The notes under the pieces are model-generated. The model was given only the letters and a program-made list of their open reading frames with translations. It made no database searches and was not told the origin of the DNA. From Mobula hypostoma (lineage: Eukaryota), in the NCBI RefSeq assembly GCF_963921235.1, contig NC_086097.1, forward strand, positions 196,604,001 to 196,668,000: DNA of 64,000 nucleotides, written 5' to 3'. Of this stretch, positions 39,094 to 49,950 are shown in pieces; the first letter of the stretch is position 1, and each line of letters starts with the position of its first letter. The translations under genes were made by a program, and so were the position numbers.

Positions 39094-39818
39094 CACATAT
39101 AATCTTTCCTGCCTTTCCCATAACATCTCCCAATTCTGTAACCTGTTTGCTTGCATGGTCTGTGCAGACAGTGGGAGGGCTTTTAAACCTGCCCATAATA
39201 GGAGTTTGCAGTGGTAAGGCCTCAAAAACATTCATTGGTCATGAGACCACTCTTCACCAGGCAAACTAAAGTTGAATTGTCAACTTGTACTTTGTCATGT
39301 GCTTTAACTAGTCAGTTATATAACACATTAACAGATCCATATAGTTGAGAAGTCTGTACTGCCTTGTAATTGGCAACAAAAAAAAATTTGTTTGGTACAC
39401 ACGACTTAAAATAAATCATGGATATTACTGTGAATTGGCATCAGAACCGTGCTCTCACTACGATTACAAAATCAAAAGCAAAAGTACACACAAAGTTAAC
39501 TTTCCTTTTATTCAAATATATCTGCAACACTCTAATCCAAAGATTCATATTTAACTACAGAAACCCAACCCAATATAAACACCTTCTTTGATTAAATTAA
39601 TAAAAATAACTTAGGAAGCACAAACCAAGATAATATTAATAGAATCTTTAAATTTGAAATACTTGCAAGTTTATAGTTTTAATTTTATTTGCTTTTTTTT
39701 AAAACTTTCAGCTCCATGTGCAAAATTTGCTTGATTTTATTCTCCCAACTTCCCACAACCTTTCAACTTTTTATAGTGATACATGGATTTCCTGATTCTA
39801 TATCAAGTTCACTTTTAA

Positions 39819-40014
39819 CATCTCAAAGTCGCTGGTAAATGCAGCAGGCCAGGCAGCAACTATTGGAAGAGTTTCAGTCGACGTTTCAGGCCGAGACCCT
39901 TCGTCCTGACACGTCGACTGAAACTCTTCCAATAGATGCTGCCTGGCCTGTTGCGTTTACCAGCAACTTTGATGTGCGTTGCTTGAATTTCCAGCATCTG
40001 CAGAATTCCTGTTG
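39819..40014 (+). mobile_element. Penelope-derived fold-back insertion, copy 3
   Basis: Inverted arms; 10-bp TSD tcacttttaa at 39809-39818 and 40015-40024; hammerhead stem II deleted on the right arm (ctgac|acgtcgactg). Confidence 0.88.
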
Positions 40015-41944
40015 TCACTTTTAATATGCTTTATTGTTTGAAAATTGCAAGGCTGGAATGAGTTGCAAAGTGCAATGGTAGCAAGCATAGAACCACATAA
40101 ACGCTTATACTAGTTATCAATCAACATTTAACATCTGACACTGTGGTGATGTGGCCTTCCTTCATTCGGGATCGACCATAGATGTTGCTTCTGAGCTTCT
40201 ACAAAATCAATATACAAGCAAGAGGATTACAACATGCAGAGCAGGAGGCTCCCCTACCCCATGCAGTTGATGAATCTGAAGGAACGGCAGAGAAATATAC
40301 AGTTTGGCACCAGTCAGTGTTGAATTCAGCATAGGACTGCCTGAGGGACTCCAGCTCCAGATATTTCTTCAGGGTTTACAACTGAAGCCTTCCCCATGAG
40401 TAGGTACAGCCACAAGGCAGTGGAGATTTGAGAGCAGAATTTTCCTTCTCCTACATGAGCTGACCACCACAGATGACAAGTCCCATCTGTCCAGAGCCAC
40501 TGGTTTTAAGGCACCAGTAATTCTCTTTTGCCCCTTCTCACTGTGAGTAGAAACAGTTCTGTCAAGCCATATGTAAAGTCCAGGAGCTGGATTTGGTTGT
40601 CAGAGGTTCAGAAGCTATTTGAGATGCACACCACTGGGATCATTTAATAGGTAGTAGAAGTTTATCCCCACTACTCGACTGCCCCCACCCGCAGCTATAA
40701 CAACTTAAGGGACCAATCTATCGCTACATATAATGTTAAGTAAGTTGAATTTCGTCAACTCCTAAAATAGTCTATCATTCTTTATTTGATGAGCCTTTTG
40801 TTATCACTGACCAGGTTATCTACATGACATCTCTTAATCAAAGTTTTTTAAACATAAATTTGTTCCTTTGCATCAGTGTAATTCACCATCTCCAGGTTAC
40901 TTAGATAGTTTACTAATTACAGGGTACTTTTATCACCAGTTAGTTTAATCTCTGAAACATGGCAATCAATAAGCACAAAGTTTAAAAGAAAGGTCAGGAT
41001 GACCTTGTAAGGTCTGTTATGTTCTTGATATTTACACAAACCCCAGTTTAGTCTGGTGAATCAGTGTGCTAAATGCTTGCGCAGGAGTGAGTAATCGCTT
41101 GGGGATCAGCTGCACTGAGATAGGACACAGATCTACTTGGCAGACCGAAATATTTCACAAAAGCACAAATAGTATTCGTGGGAAACGATGGTGGTGCACA
41201 TTATCCAAAGAAATGTTTATGGATGAGAAGGACCTAACATAAAAGCTGAGTGAATTAAAGAATAAAATGAGTTTTGATATGAGCTTTTTCTTACAATTCA
41301 GACTTTGTTTAGGAATAGAATAAATAAAACAAAACAAGCTATGGAATTAAAAGAAATAAAAGGATTGAGGGTGATTGAAAAATTGAATGGTGGTATAAAT
41401 CAAGTGGGTAGTGGCTCAGTGACCACACAGGCTCAGTGGGACTGTGGGAAGCCTAAGCCATATATGGGGAGGGGGGTTTCAGGTGGATGAATGGAGTGGA
41501 ATCCAGAGGCTCCTTTACAGTGCTCAGTGAGATGATTATTGTGATGTTGGTAGGAGGGCAGATCAAGAGATTGTAAGATTTATGTTATATACCAGGTGCA
41601 GCAAGAATCAAGATCTAAGCACCAAGGTATATCATTCCCTTCTTAAACATGACCCTCCTACCATTTTCCTTAATTCAAATCTCCCTAAACTAATCTTTGA
41701 TCAAGATTTTTGGTCATCTGTGCAACTATTTCCTTCTGCAACTTGGAATCACATTTTGTGTAACACCTCTCCTAAAAGGTGCCTTAGAACTTTTAATCAT
41801 GTGAACGGAACTACATAAATATGTTATTGCTGCAAATGATTTCAGAGGTAGCTGAAATAGTGAGCCAGCTCATATTCAATCAAAGCACTTCCAGCCTCTA
41901 TATATATAGCTCTGCAGTAGTAAATGGCATATCTACCATGCAAG

Positions 41945-42800
41945 ACAGAGTGGGCACCAAGTTATCACCAATCTGCACAGATTGTGGTCTTCCCGTTAGG
42001 AAGCCGAGAATCCAATTGCAGAGGGAGGTACAGAGGCCCAGGTTCTGCAACTTCTCAATCAGGATTGTGGTATTAAATGCTAAGCCATAGTCGATGAACA
42101 GCATCCAGACGTAGGTGTTTGTGTTGTCCAGGTGGTCTAAAGCCATGTGGCGAGCCATTGAGATTGCATCTGTCGTTGTCCTATTGTGGCGATAGGCAAC
42201 TTGCAATGGGTCCAGGTGCTTGCTGAGGCAGGAGTTCAGTCTAGTCAAGACCAATCTCTCAAAGCATTTCATTACTGTCGATGTGAGTGCTATCGGGCGA
42301 TAGTCATTAAGGCAGCTCACATTATTCTTCTTAGGCACTGGTATAATTGTTGCCTTTCTGAAGCAAGTGGGAACTTCTGCCCATAGCAGTGAGAGGTTGA
42401 AAATGTTCTTCAGTACTCCCACTAGTTGACTGGCACAGGTTTTCAGAGCCTTACCAGGTACTCCATCAGGACCTTCCGCCTTGTGAGGGTTCACTCTCTT
42501 TAAAGACAGCCTAACATTGGCCACTGAGACAGAGATCACAGAGTCATCAGATGCAGCAGGGATCTTCACAGCTGTGGTTGTGCTCTCCCTTTCAAAGCGT
42601 GCATAGAAGGCGTTCAGTACATCTGTTGGTGAAGCATCGCTGCCATTTATGCTATTGGGTTTTGCTTTGTAGGAAGTAATGTCTTGCAGACCCTGCCAGA
42701 GTTGCCGTGCATCTGATGTCGCCTCCAACCTTGTTCGAAATTGTCTCTTCACCCTTGAAATAGCCCTCCGCAAATCATACCTGGTTTACTGGTACAGATA
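41945..42800 (-). mobile_element. Rex1/Babar-clade LINE RT fragment (291-aa open frame)
   Basis: KA.GPDGV, IFNLSL, IIPVPKK, NDYRPIALTSTVMKCFERLV, DPLQ.AYR, MLFIDY..AFNT. Confidence 0.9.
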
Positions 42801-42975
42801 CGCTTAGTTGTAGGATCCCTTTGGAGATGGCAGAAATTGTACAGAATGATATTTTGGATGCAGAGGCTCGTGGGGTGGTAGGTACGGAGAAGAGGAACTC
42901 TATCATTGTTAAGGTAGTGGGAAGATGGGGTGAGTGTGGATGTTTGGGAAATGGAGGAGATGCAGATGAGGGCAG
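42800..42975 (-). mobile_element. Penelope-like element ORF fragment (RT to GIY-YIG linker region)
   Basis: DRVPLLRTYHPTSLCIQNIILYNFCHLQRDPTTKRI resembles the PLE P.V.TYHP...I..II...W..L..D linker. Confidence 0.7.
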
Positions 42976-42979
42976 CATT

Positions 42980-43172
42980 TTTGTATTTTTGTATTCCTTT
43001 ACACAGTTTGTGGTCTTCTGCACACTGGATGAACACCCACGTTGTTGCAGTCTTTTATTAATTCTATTATGGTTATGATTCTATTATGGATCCATTAAGT
43101 ATGTCCACAAAAATGAATCTCAAAGTTGTAAATGGTGACATATATGTACCTTGATAATAAATTACTTTGAAC
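42980..43172 (+). mobile_element. Non-LTR 3' tail fragment
   Basis: Similar to 3270-3455; ends gataataaaattactttgaact. Confidence 0.5.
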
Positions 43173-44751
43173 TTAAGTCTACTTTATTTTCTGTATCATT
43201 GATGGAGGATATATAGTAGCAATGGCTAACCAAAAATCACATCATGGTTTCAGAAACAGCCTAGGATTGACAGGTAGCTGGATACTTAACCAATGCCTAT
43301 TTCAGAGCATTAAGGAATTCAAGAAAAACTAAAAAAAATTAGTCACAACATAATGGCTGATAGGTGAAAGGATATTTTTCTAAAACTTTTGTCCACCTAC
43401 AAATTCAGATCTTAAGTCAAACTGAAAACTTTATTTTATGGACTGACAAAAATCACTCCATAACATCTGTAAAAGTAGTGTGATAACAAGCTCTTCACAT
43501 TTCTCAAAGAGGTGTGAAAAGACACTAAACTTAATAGAGTTTACAAGGAGCAAGCAAATTGCTCTGAGAAAATGTCAGATTATACACCACAGCCAATAAA
43601 CAGTAAGACATAGACAATGCCCCAGCTTTTGCTCTGCAAATATTATTCAGATCATTTCAAATTTACTCCGCCTACGCCTACTTTGTTGGAAAGTATGCTG
43701 TTCAAAATCACATCTAGTTTCATGTTGCTTCCCGAGAGGCTGTTATTCAAGAAGACAGATTTTTAAAAGGTTTACACAATCATGTGTGACCCATAAAGTT
43801 GTGGAATAAGTTTGCCTATTTTTTATATCAAAAAGCTCAACTCTTTTCATGTTATAAGCACCACAAAAACACCTTTGAGGCTGGACTAGAAATCTGTGAT
43901 TCTCTCTGCTCTCATCTTTCAAAATATAGAGAAATACATTTTTTAATCTCTTCAGTCAAAGATGTAAGCTTAATAACTGCTTGGACATGGATTTAGAATG
44001 GTTTTGGCTCTGAATTTACAACTGTAATGACAGATAAACAGATGGTGCCTGGTGTTATTCCTCTTCAAAACTGATAGCAGTTTCTCGCAATTGCTCATGC
44101 GGGCTGAGAAACTCTTCCCTGCCTTGAAAGTCTCAATGAATATGTGGTGCACCACAAGCCATCGCCTGATTTTTGTAAAGATTGCCATTGCAAAGTTTTA
44201 TTGTACAAAAGCCCATATGTTGTTGTGGATGAGACAGCCAATGTACAAGTACTAAGCATAAACATTTCTCCCCACCTCAATCTGTTATTACAGGTCTGAT
44301 TCATGGTTATGCAGAGCAAAGAAACCTGGGTTGTTTGCAAGATCAACAAATAGGGTATTATTCTCTCATGCGAGATGATATTGAGTGTTTTCAGTAGCAG
44401 AGTGGAAGCAGCACTCAAGGATGGTAATTGATAATGACTGTGATCATGGGTTTGGGTGGGTGTTGGAGATATAAGGCTTGTGAACATGGGCTGAGGGGGT
44501 GGTGGTGCTTTTTGCATTTGATAGATGACCTGAGCAAACCTGAAGAACAGCCACAAATAACAGGGCCTTGCACATGTATGTGGCATACAGAGAAGGGAGA
44601 GACGGGGGAAACAAAGATTCAAAGGACATTTCAAAGTATGTCTGTAGTATATAACCCTGAGATTCGTCTTCCACAGATAGCCACGAAACAAGAAACACCA
44701 TGGAACCCATTCAAAGAAAACATCAAAAAACAGTCCAGAAAAAACACTAAG

Positions 44752-45336
44752 GTGGGGTGAAGTTAAGATGGCAGTAAGTGGCAAATCCTTTGCTTGCATC
44801 TTTGGAAACAGCTCTATTTCTATCTTTGGTATCTCTTGTTTTTTTCCTTTTCAGGATGTGGGGGGTTCTTTTGAAGACCCTGACCTGGAGTTACACTCTG
44901 ACTTTGATTCTTTGCGGGAATGGGACCCACGCCTAGGGTCTCATGAATGGCTGCTTTTTGATATCCCAAGGACATGCCCTGGAACACCTTCAGGGTTCCA
45001 GCTGTTCGTGGCTCTGGGGACGTGCTGATTCTAGGTCAGTGCCCCTGAATGGAGCGTGTGGGAGAACACGGAACATCAGCAGCTGCTGGTTAGCTGCCAG
45101 GGGTTGTGTGTCTTTATTGATGCTTTGCTGAATGCTTGAGTCACTTGGTGGAGGGTCCTGATGTTTTTTTGCTGGTGGGGGTGGGGGGGGGTGATTGCCT
45201 TGCTGTTGCTTGTGCGTGGGAGGAGGAGTTGGGGGGGGTGGTCTTCGGGGTTCTAATGTTTTAACCGTCATTCATTCTTTGGGGCACTTCTCTGTTTTCG
45301 TGGATGTCTGCTAAGAAAAAAAGAATTTCATGTATA
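44752..45336 (+). mobile_element. Non-coding retroposon-like repeat with an AAGATGGC start and a G-rich 3' region
   Basis: gttaagatggcag at about 44762-44774; G-tracts at 45175-45250; ends at the TA where the Tigger begins. Confidence 0.45.
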
Positions 45337-46325
45337 CAGGTGTCCTCCGCTTTTCGAACGTTCACTTTACAAAACCTCCCTGTTACGAAAGACCTACATT
45401 AGTTACCTGTTTTCACTAACAGAAGGTGTTTTCGCTGTTATGAAAAAAGGCCACTCGCGAAAAAAGGCAGCATGCGCCCCGAGCAGCCAAGCTCCTCCCC
45501 CGAAACTGCATTCTAGCCGGCATTGCTTAAACACGTGCTTGTGAGCATCTGTGCTTTATCTCTATTTATTTTGAGCATCCGTTAGCAAGATGAGTTCTAA
45601 GGTATCCGAAAAGCCTAAAAGAGCTCGTAAAGGTGTTACACTTAGTGTAAAACTAGACATAATTAAGCGTTTCGATCGTGGTGAACGAAGTAAGGACAAA
45701 GTGAGTTTGGCTTGTGGAAGTTGACGAAGATGATGTTGAAGAGGTTTTGGCATCCCATGACCAAGAACTGATAGATAAGAGCTGATGTAATTGGAAGAGG
45801 AAAGGATAACAATCAAAACCGAATGCAGTAGCGAATGGACCAAAAGTGAAGTCGTCCAGGAACTGAACTTGAAGCAACTGCGTGAGATTTTCGCTGTAAT
45901 GATTGCAGAAAAGTACGACTTTAATTTTGAAAGGGTACATAGGTTTAGGGCATATTTGCAGGATGGTTTGAGTCCTGACAAAGAACTGTATGATAGAAAA
46001 ATGCGCAAGGCTAGGCAGTCAAGTATACTGTCGTTTTTCAAGTTCCACATCAGCCACAGCAGACGACGAACTTCGACCTTCAACATCGAGGCAGGCAGAC
46101 ATAGAAGAAGATGACCTGCCTGCCCTGATGGAAACAGACGACGATGAGATCACACCCCAGTGTCCCACCACCCCAACCTCGGGGCCGTGGACCGATACCA
46201 ATCCGCGAAGAATGCAGCGGTAGCCGGGACGCACCCAGCACATCTTTGAGAAAAAAGCCGAAATAAACAAGCCAATTAATTAGGTGCCGCCTGGCACGTA
46301 AATGTCAGCCCAGATCAGAGGCGAT
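45337..46325 (+). mobile_element. Tigger/pogo-like transposon, internally deleted, right end not found
   Basis: TA followed by caggtgtcctccgcttttcgaacg. ATG at 45590 gives MSSKVSEKPKRARKGVTLSVKLDIIKRFDRGERSKD (psq-type HTH), joined to an acidic C-terminal region ending KARQSSILSFFK. No DDE domain. Confidence 0.8.
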
Positions 46326-47634
46326 TTGGTTTAGTTCAATTTAGTGCGGTGTTGTTCGTTGACTGCCAGTCGCAGAGCCAGTCCACCCCGATCAAAATTG
46401 TGCAAAACAGAAATTTTTTAGAAAGGCATAACCAGAAGCCAGAGACACATTATAACATGAACTGCAGTCCTCTAAAAACAAATCCAATCCACAAATCGCG
46501 CCGATCAAACCTTACATAGGACAAGCCTCCTCCACCTTCCTCCAGCAGCAGCAAGTGAGAGCAAGAGAATGGTCAAATGCAAGCAGATGATTCAAAGATT
46601 CAGACAGTGCTGATCACCCTCTTGCCTTCCGCTCTCATCCTCGTTGATTTCAATCTTGCTCGACACTTTAATCAGCAAGTTGGAGCCAATCATGGCTTTG
46701 CACTCTGCCACTAGGCAAACTCTGTCCTCAAACTTGCCAATTCTTTTGCAGACAGCAAAAGCACCACATCACTCAGTCAGTCAAAAAACACTACAACAAA
46801 ATGTAAATTACAAGCTCCAATCACATGGAGATTAGAAGTAGAAGTATATTTAAAAGAAGTAGCAGTTTTGTGAACTGTCTGCAGGACATTGCTGTTAGTC
46901 ATGTTGGTCGCTGGTGCCATCTTGCAGAGCTTTAGACTTGGCAAACACACTCCATGCAGATGACGATATCATTCCCATATACTGAATTATTAACAGAAAA
47001 TATTGAAAAATCTCAGTGTATCATGCAGCATTAATGAAGAGAGATTTTGTTTGAAGTAAATGACTTTGATCAGACCATATTCATTACTATTGTGTCAATT
47101 AACCATGCATCACTTCAAACAGGCAAAGGATAAAGAGATAAACTGTTGTTAACTAAGGGGAAAAAAACCTAACGAATTCTTCCTTGATTTCCCAAGGCAA
47201 TCAGCCTCTGCTAACTAGCAAAGGATTCTCAATAACAAAAATGTGCTTTGCTCTTACAGAAAGCACAGTTAAGAATTGATAGCTACCATATTTTTCTCTC
47301 TTCTGCTTCAGAAACCAAATGTTGCTCCACTGGTATTTAATCTACACTTTTTGCTACAAAGTTTATACATTTTTTCCCTGAATCTAACATCTATACGCAT
47401 CTTAAAAGATCTGTCTTGCTGAGGTACATCCACTGTCTTCCCCATCTTAAAAATCTTCAGACATATCCACTATTTCTAAAACATTTAATTTCCATTCCCA
47501 GCCGACACTTGGGTAATTAGATTTCAACTCCTACACTTTTTTTTATGGAGCCTCAATGTCTTCAATCAGTTCCTTGGGCCAAACCTAGACCTTAATGCTT
47601 CAAGTGATTATGCCCCAAATCTGCATAAAGCTAT

Positions 47635-47895
47635 TAGTCATAGTCATACTTTATTGATCCCAGGGGAAATTGGTTTTCATTACAGTTGCACCATAAATAA
47701 TAAATAGTAATAGAACCATAAATAGTTAAATAGTAGTATGCAAATTATACCAGTAAATTATGAAATAGGTCCAGGACCAGCCTATTGGCTCAGGGTATCT
47801 GACCCGCCAAGGGAGGAGTTGTAAAGTTTGATGACTTCCTATGACGCTCTGTGCTGCATCTCGGTGGAATGAGTCTCTGGCTGAATGTACTCAGT
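47635..47895 (-). mobile_element. Non-LTR 3' end fragment
   Basis: Minus strand ends gatcaataaagtatgactatgacta (aataaa plus short tandem tail). Confidence 0.5.
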
Positions 47896-48863
47896 GCTTT
47901 TCATTTTTACTGTGGTTGTCGCCTCTCAGGAGAGTAGACTCTGTGGTTGTTGGTTACTGCAGCATTGGGACTCAAACTATTTTGTTGAAGCGTGACAATA
48001 CATGAACCAAATGTCCATCTTTTGGTGGTATGTTGCATTATATTTGAAGACCCTTCCTGTAATTTCCAATAGCCATGCAGCTAAATCAACTATTTAAATG
48101 AGTTACTTATATTGACCCCACATTGCTGTCAGTTGAAACATTTTCTGATACATTTACATGTCAAGAGAAATTTCCATGCATTCATTCCATTCATGACACT
48201 TCTGTTAACCTCTTCAGATCAGACTACATTCTGATGAACTATGTGCATGCTTTTAGACTGGCATTATATTATAGAATAGTTCTATTAAATTGCTGCTACA
48301 TTGACTTTAGCACAAAAATCTAAAATGACTCTCACAGGTCCCGAGAGGGCTCCTCTATCAATGGTGCTCTTTTGGACATTCATTGGCTGGTAAGTGGACA
48401 GTAATTTCCCATTACACTATTTCAAATTTTAACAGGGAAGCTATACCTCGTGTGCTAGTGGAAATGATGTCTTTAATTAACAATGCTAAAATACATACTC
48501 TGATCATTTCTGAACAACTTTGAATGCTGGCTGGCACATTATCTGCATAATAACAGCAACTATATCCAAAGTATTTGGACATTGGAATGTCCTGAAAAGG
48601 ATGTGAAAGGGACCATATGAATCCAGGTCTATCCTTCTTCCATTACTCATAAAAATGAATATTACAAACAGTGCTACATTGTCTTCCACTGGTCATCCCC
48701 GAGGTCAATTGAGAAGTTTCCTCATGAGATTTTAATCAGATTTCCTTCTTCCAGTTTTGAAGATTAACACAGCTATCATGTACATGGCCACAGGATATAA
48801 TCACCTTTGGACCTTAGCGGAGAACTGAATACTACTTAGTCAAATGTGAAAAGTAACAATACA

Positions 48864-49950
48864 TTCAAGATTCAAGATTGTTTAATATCATTTCCAGTAC
48901 ACAAGTGTAAAGGAGAATGAAATAATTGTTACTTTTGATCCAAAGTATCACCAAAGTAACAATAAAGAACACAATAACAATTTTCAAAAGCCACAATAAA
49001 TATAATACATAAAATAGTTTCTATACACAGATGGATTATATGTCCACAAACTTCTGCGAGGCACAGCAGTGTCTGTACATAAGGTGACTAAAAGGAAATG
49101 ATAAAGTAGTGGTGGATGAGGACGTGGGGAGGGGGGTTAGTGGGTGGAGATGCTAATCAGTCGTCCTACCTGGGGAAGGTAACTGTTTTTGAGTCTGATG
49201 GCCCTGGCATGGACGTTATGTAACTTCCTCCCTGACAGAGGTGGGCCCAACAGTTCATGAGCAGGGTGTATGGGATCCTTCATGACATTGCTGGCCCTTT
49301 TCCAGCACCCTTCTGTATACATGTCCCAGCTGGTGGCCAGGTTGGTGCTGGTGATACTTTGGGCAGTTTGACAACCTGTTGTAGAGCATATCTGTCCACC
49401 ACAATGCAGTTTCTGTACATGCAGTGATGCAATTTGTTAGGATGCTCTCTACTGCGCATTAATAGAACGACATGAGTACAGATGTGCAACATCCATTTCT
49501 CTTCACCCTCCTCAGAAAGCAGAGGCATGGTGAGCTTTCCTGATTGTGTAGAATATGTTCTGGGATCATGAGAGATTGTGCGAGATGTGCATTCCCAGGT
49601 GTATGAAACTGCTCGCTGATGAAAAGACGGGTGTGAGTGACGTGAGTTCTGCTAAAGTCCATAACCATCAACTTCGTGTTGTTGATATTGAGGAAGACAC
49701 TATTTGCCTGCCACCATGCCTCAAACTCTTCCACTCCTCACTGTAGGCCATGCCATCGTTGTTGGTAATGACCCCACCACTGTTATCAACAGCAAGCTTA
49801 ATAATGTGGTTACTTGGGTGTTTAGCCATCCAATCTTGTGGAGTGTACAGCAAAGGGGGGCATCCGTGCTGAGGATGATGGGGAGGGAAGAGCAGTTGTG
49901 CATCCTGATTATCTGAGGTCTGCTGGTTAGCAAGTTTAACACCCAGCTGC
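48864..49950 (-). mobile_element. Rex1/Babar-clade LINE, degenerate, 5'-truncated
   Basis: W...N...LNIN.TK.MV.DF, ALQQVVK, RASNVMKDPIHPAH.L..P..SGR, RLKNSY.PQ..R; (tcttga)n tail at 48864-48880. Confidence 0.8.

Larger units (their letters stand above)
44595..46925 (-). mobile_element. Non-coding retroposon-like repeat, apparently split by two nested insertions
   Basis: The 3' piece (44595-44750) resembles 15670-15760 and 29320-29400; the 5' piece (46330-46925) begins caagatggcaccag on the minus strand. Confidence 0.4.

Noticed and set aside
38839..39269. Identical peptide (MLVNAAGQAASLGRGAVDV...) predicted on both strands, with similar ORFs at 7882 and 39839
   Set aside because: Artefact of the palindrome; there is no evidence for a protein.
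44095..44799. 234-aa minus-strand ORF
   Set aside because: It crosses repeat boundaries and has no domain-like features; probably a chance ORF.
45175..45250. G-quadruplex-capable G-tracts (also 25000-25022)
   Set aside because: Simple G-runs, one inside a repeat, with nothing indicating function.
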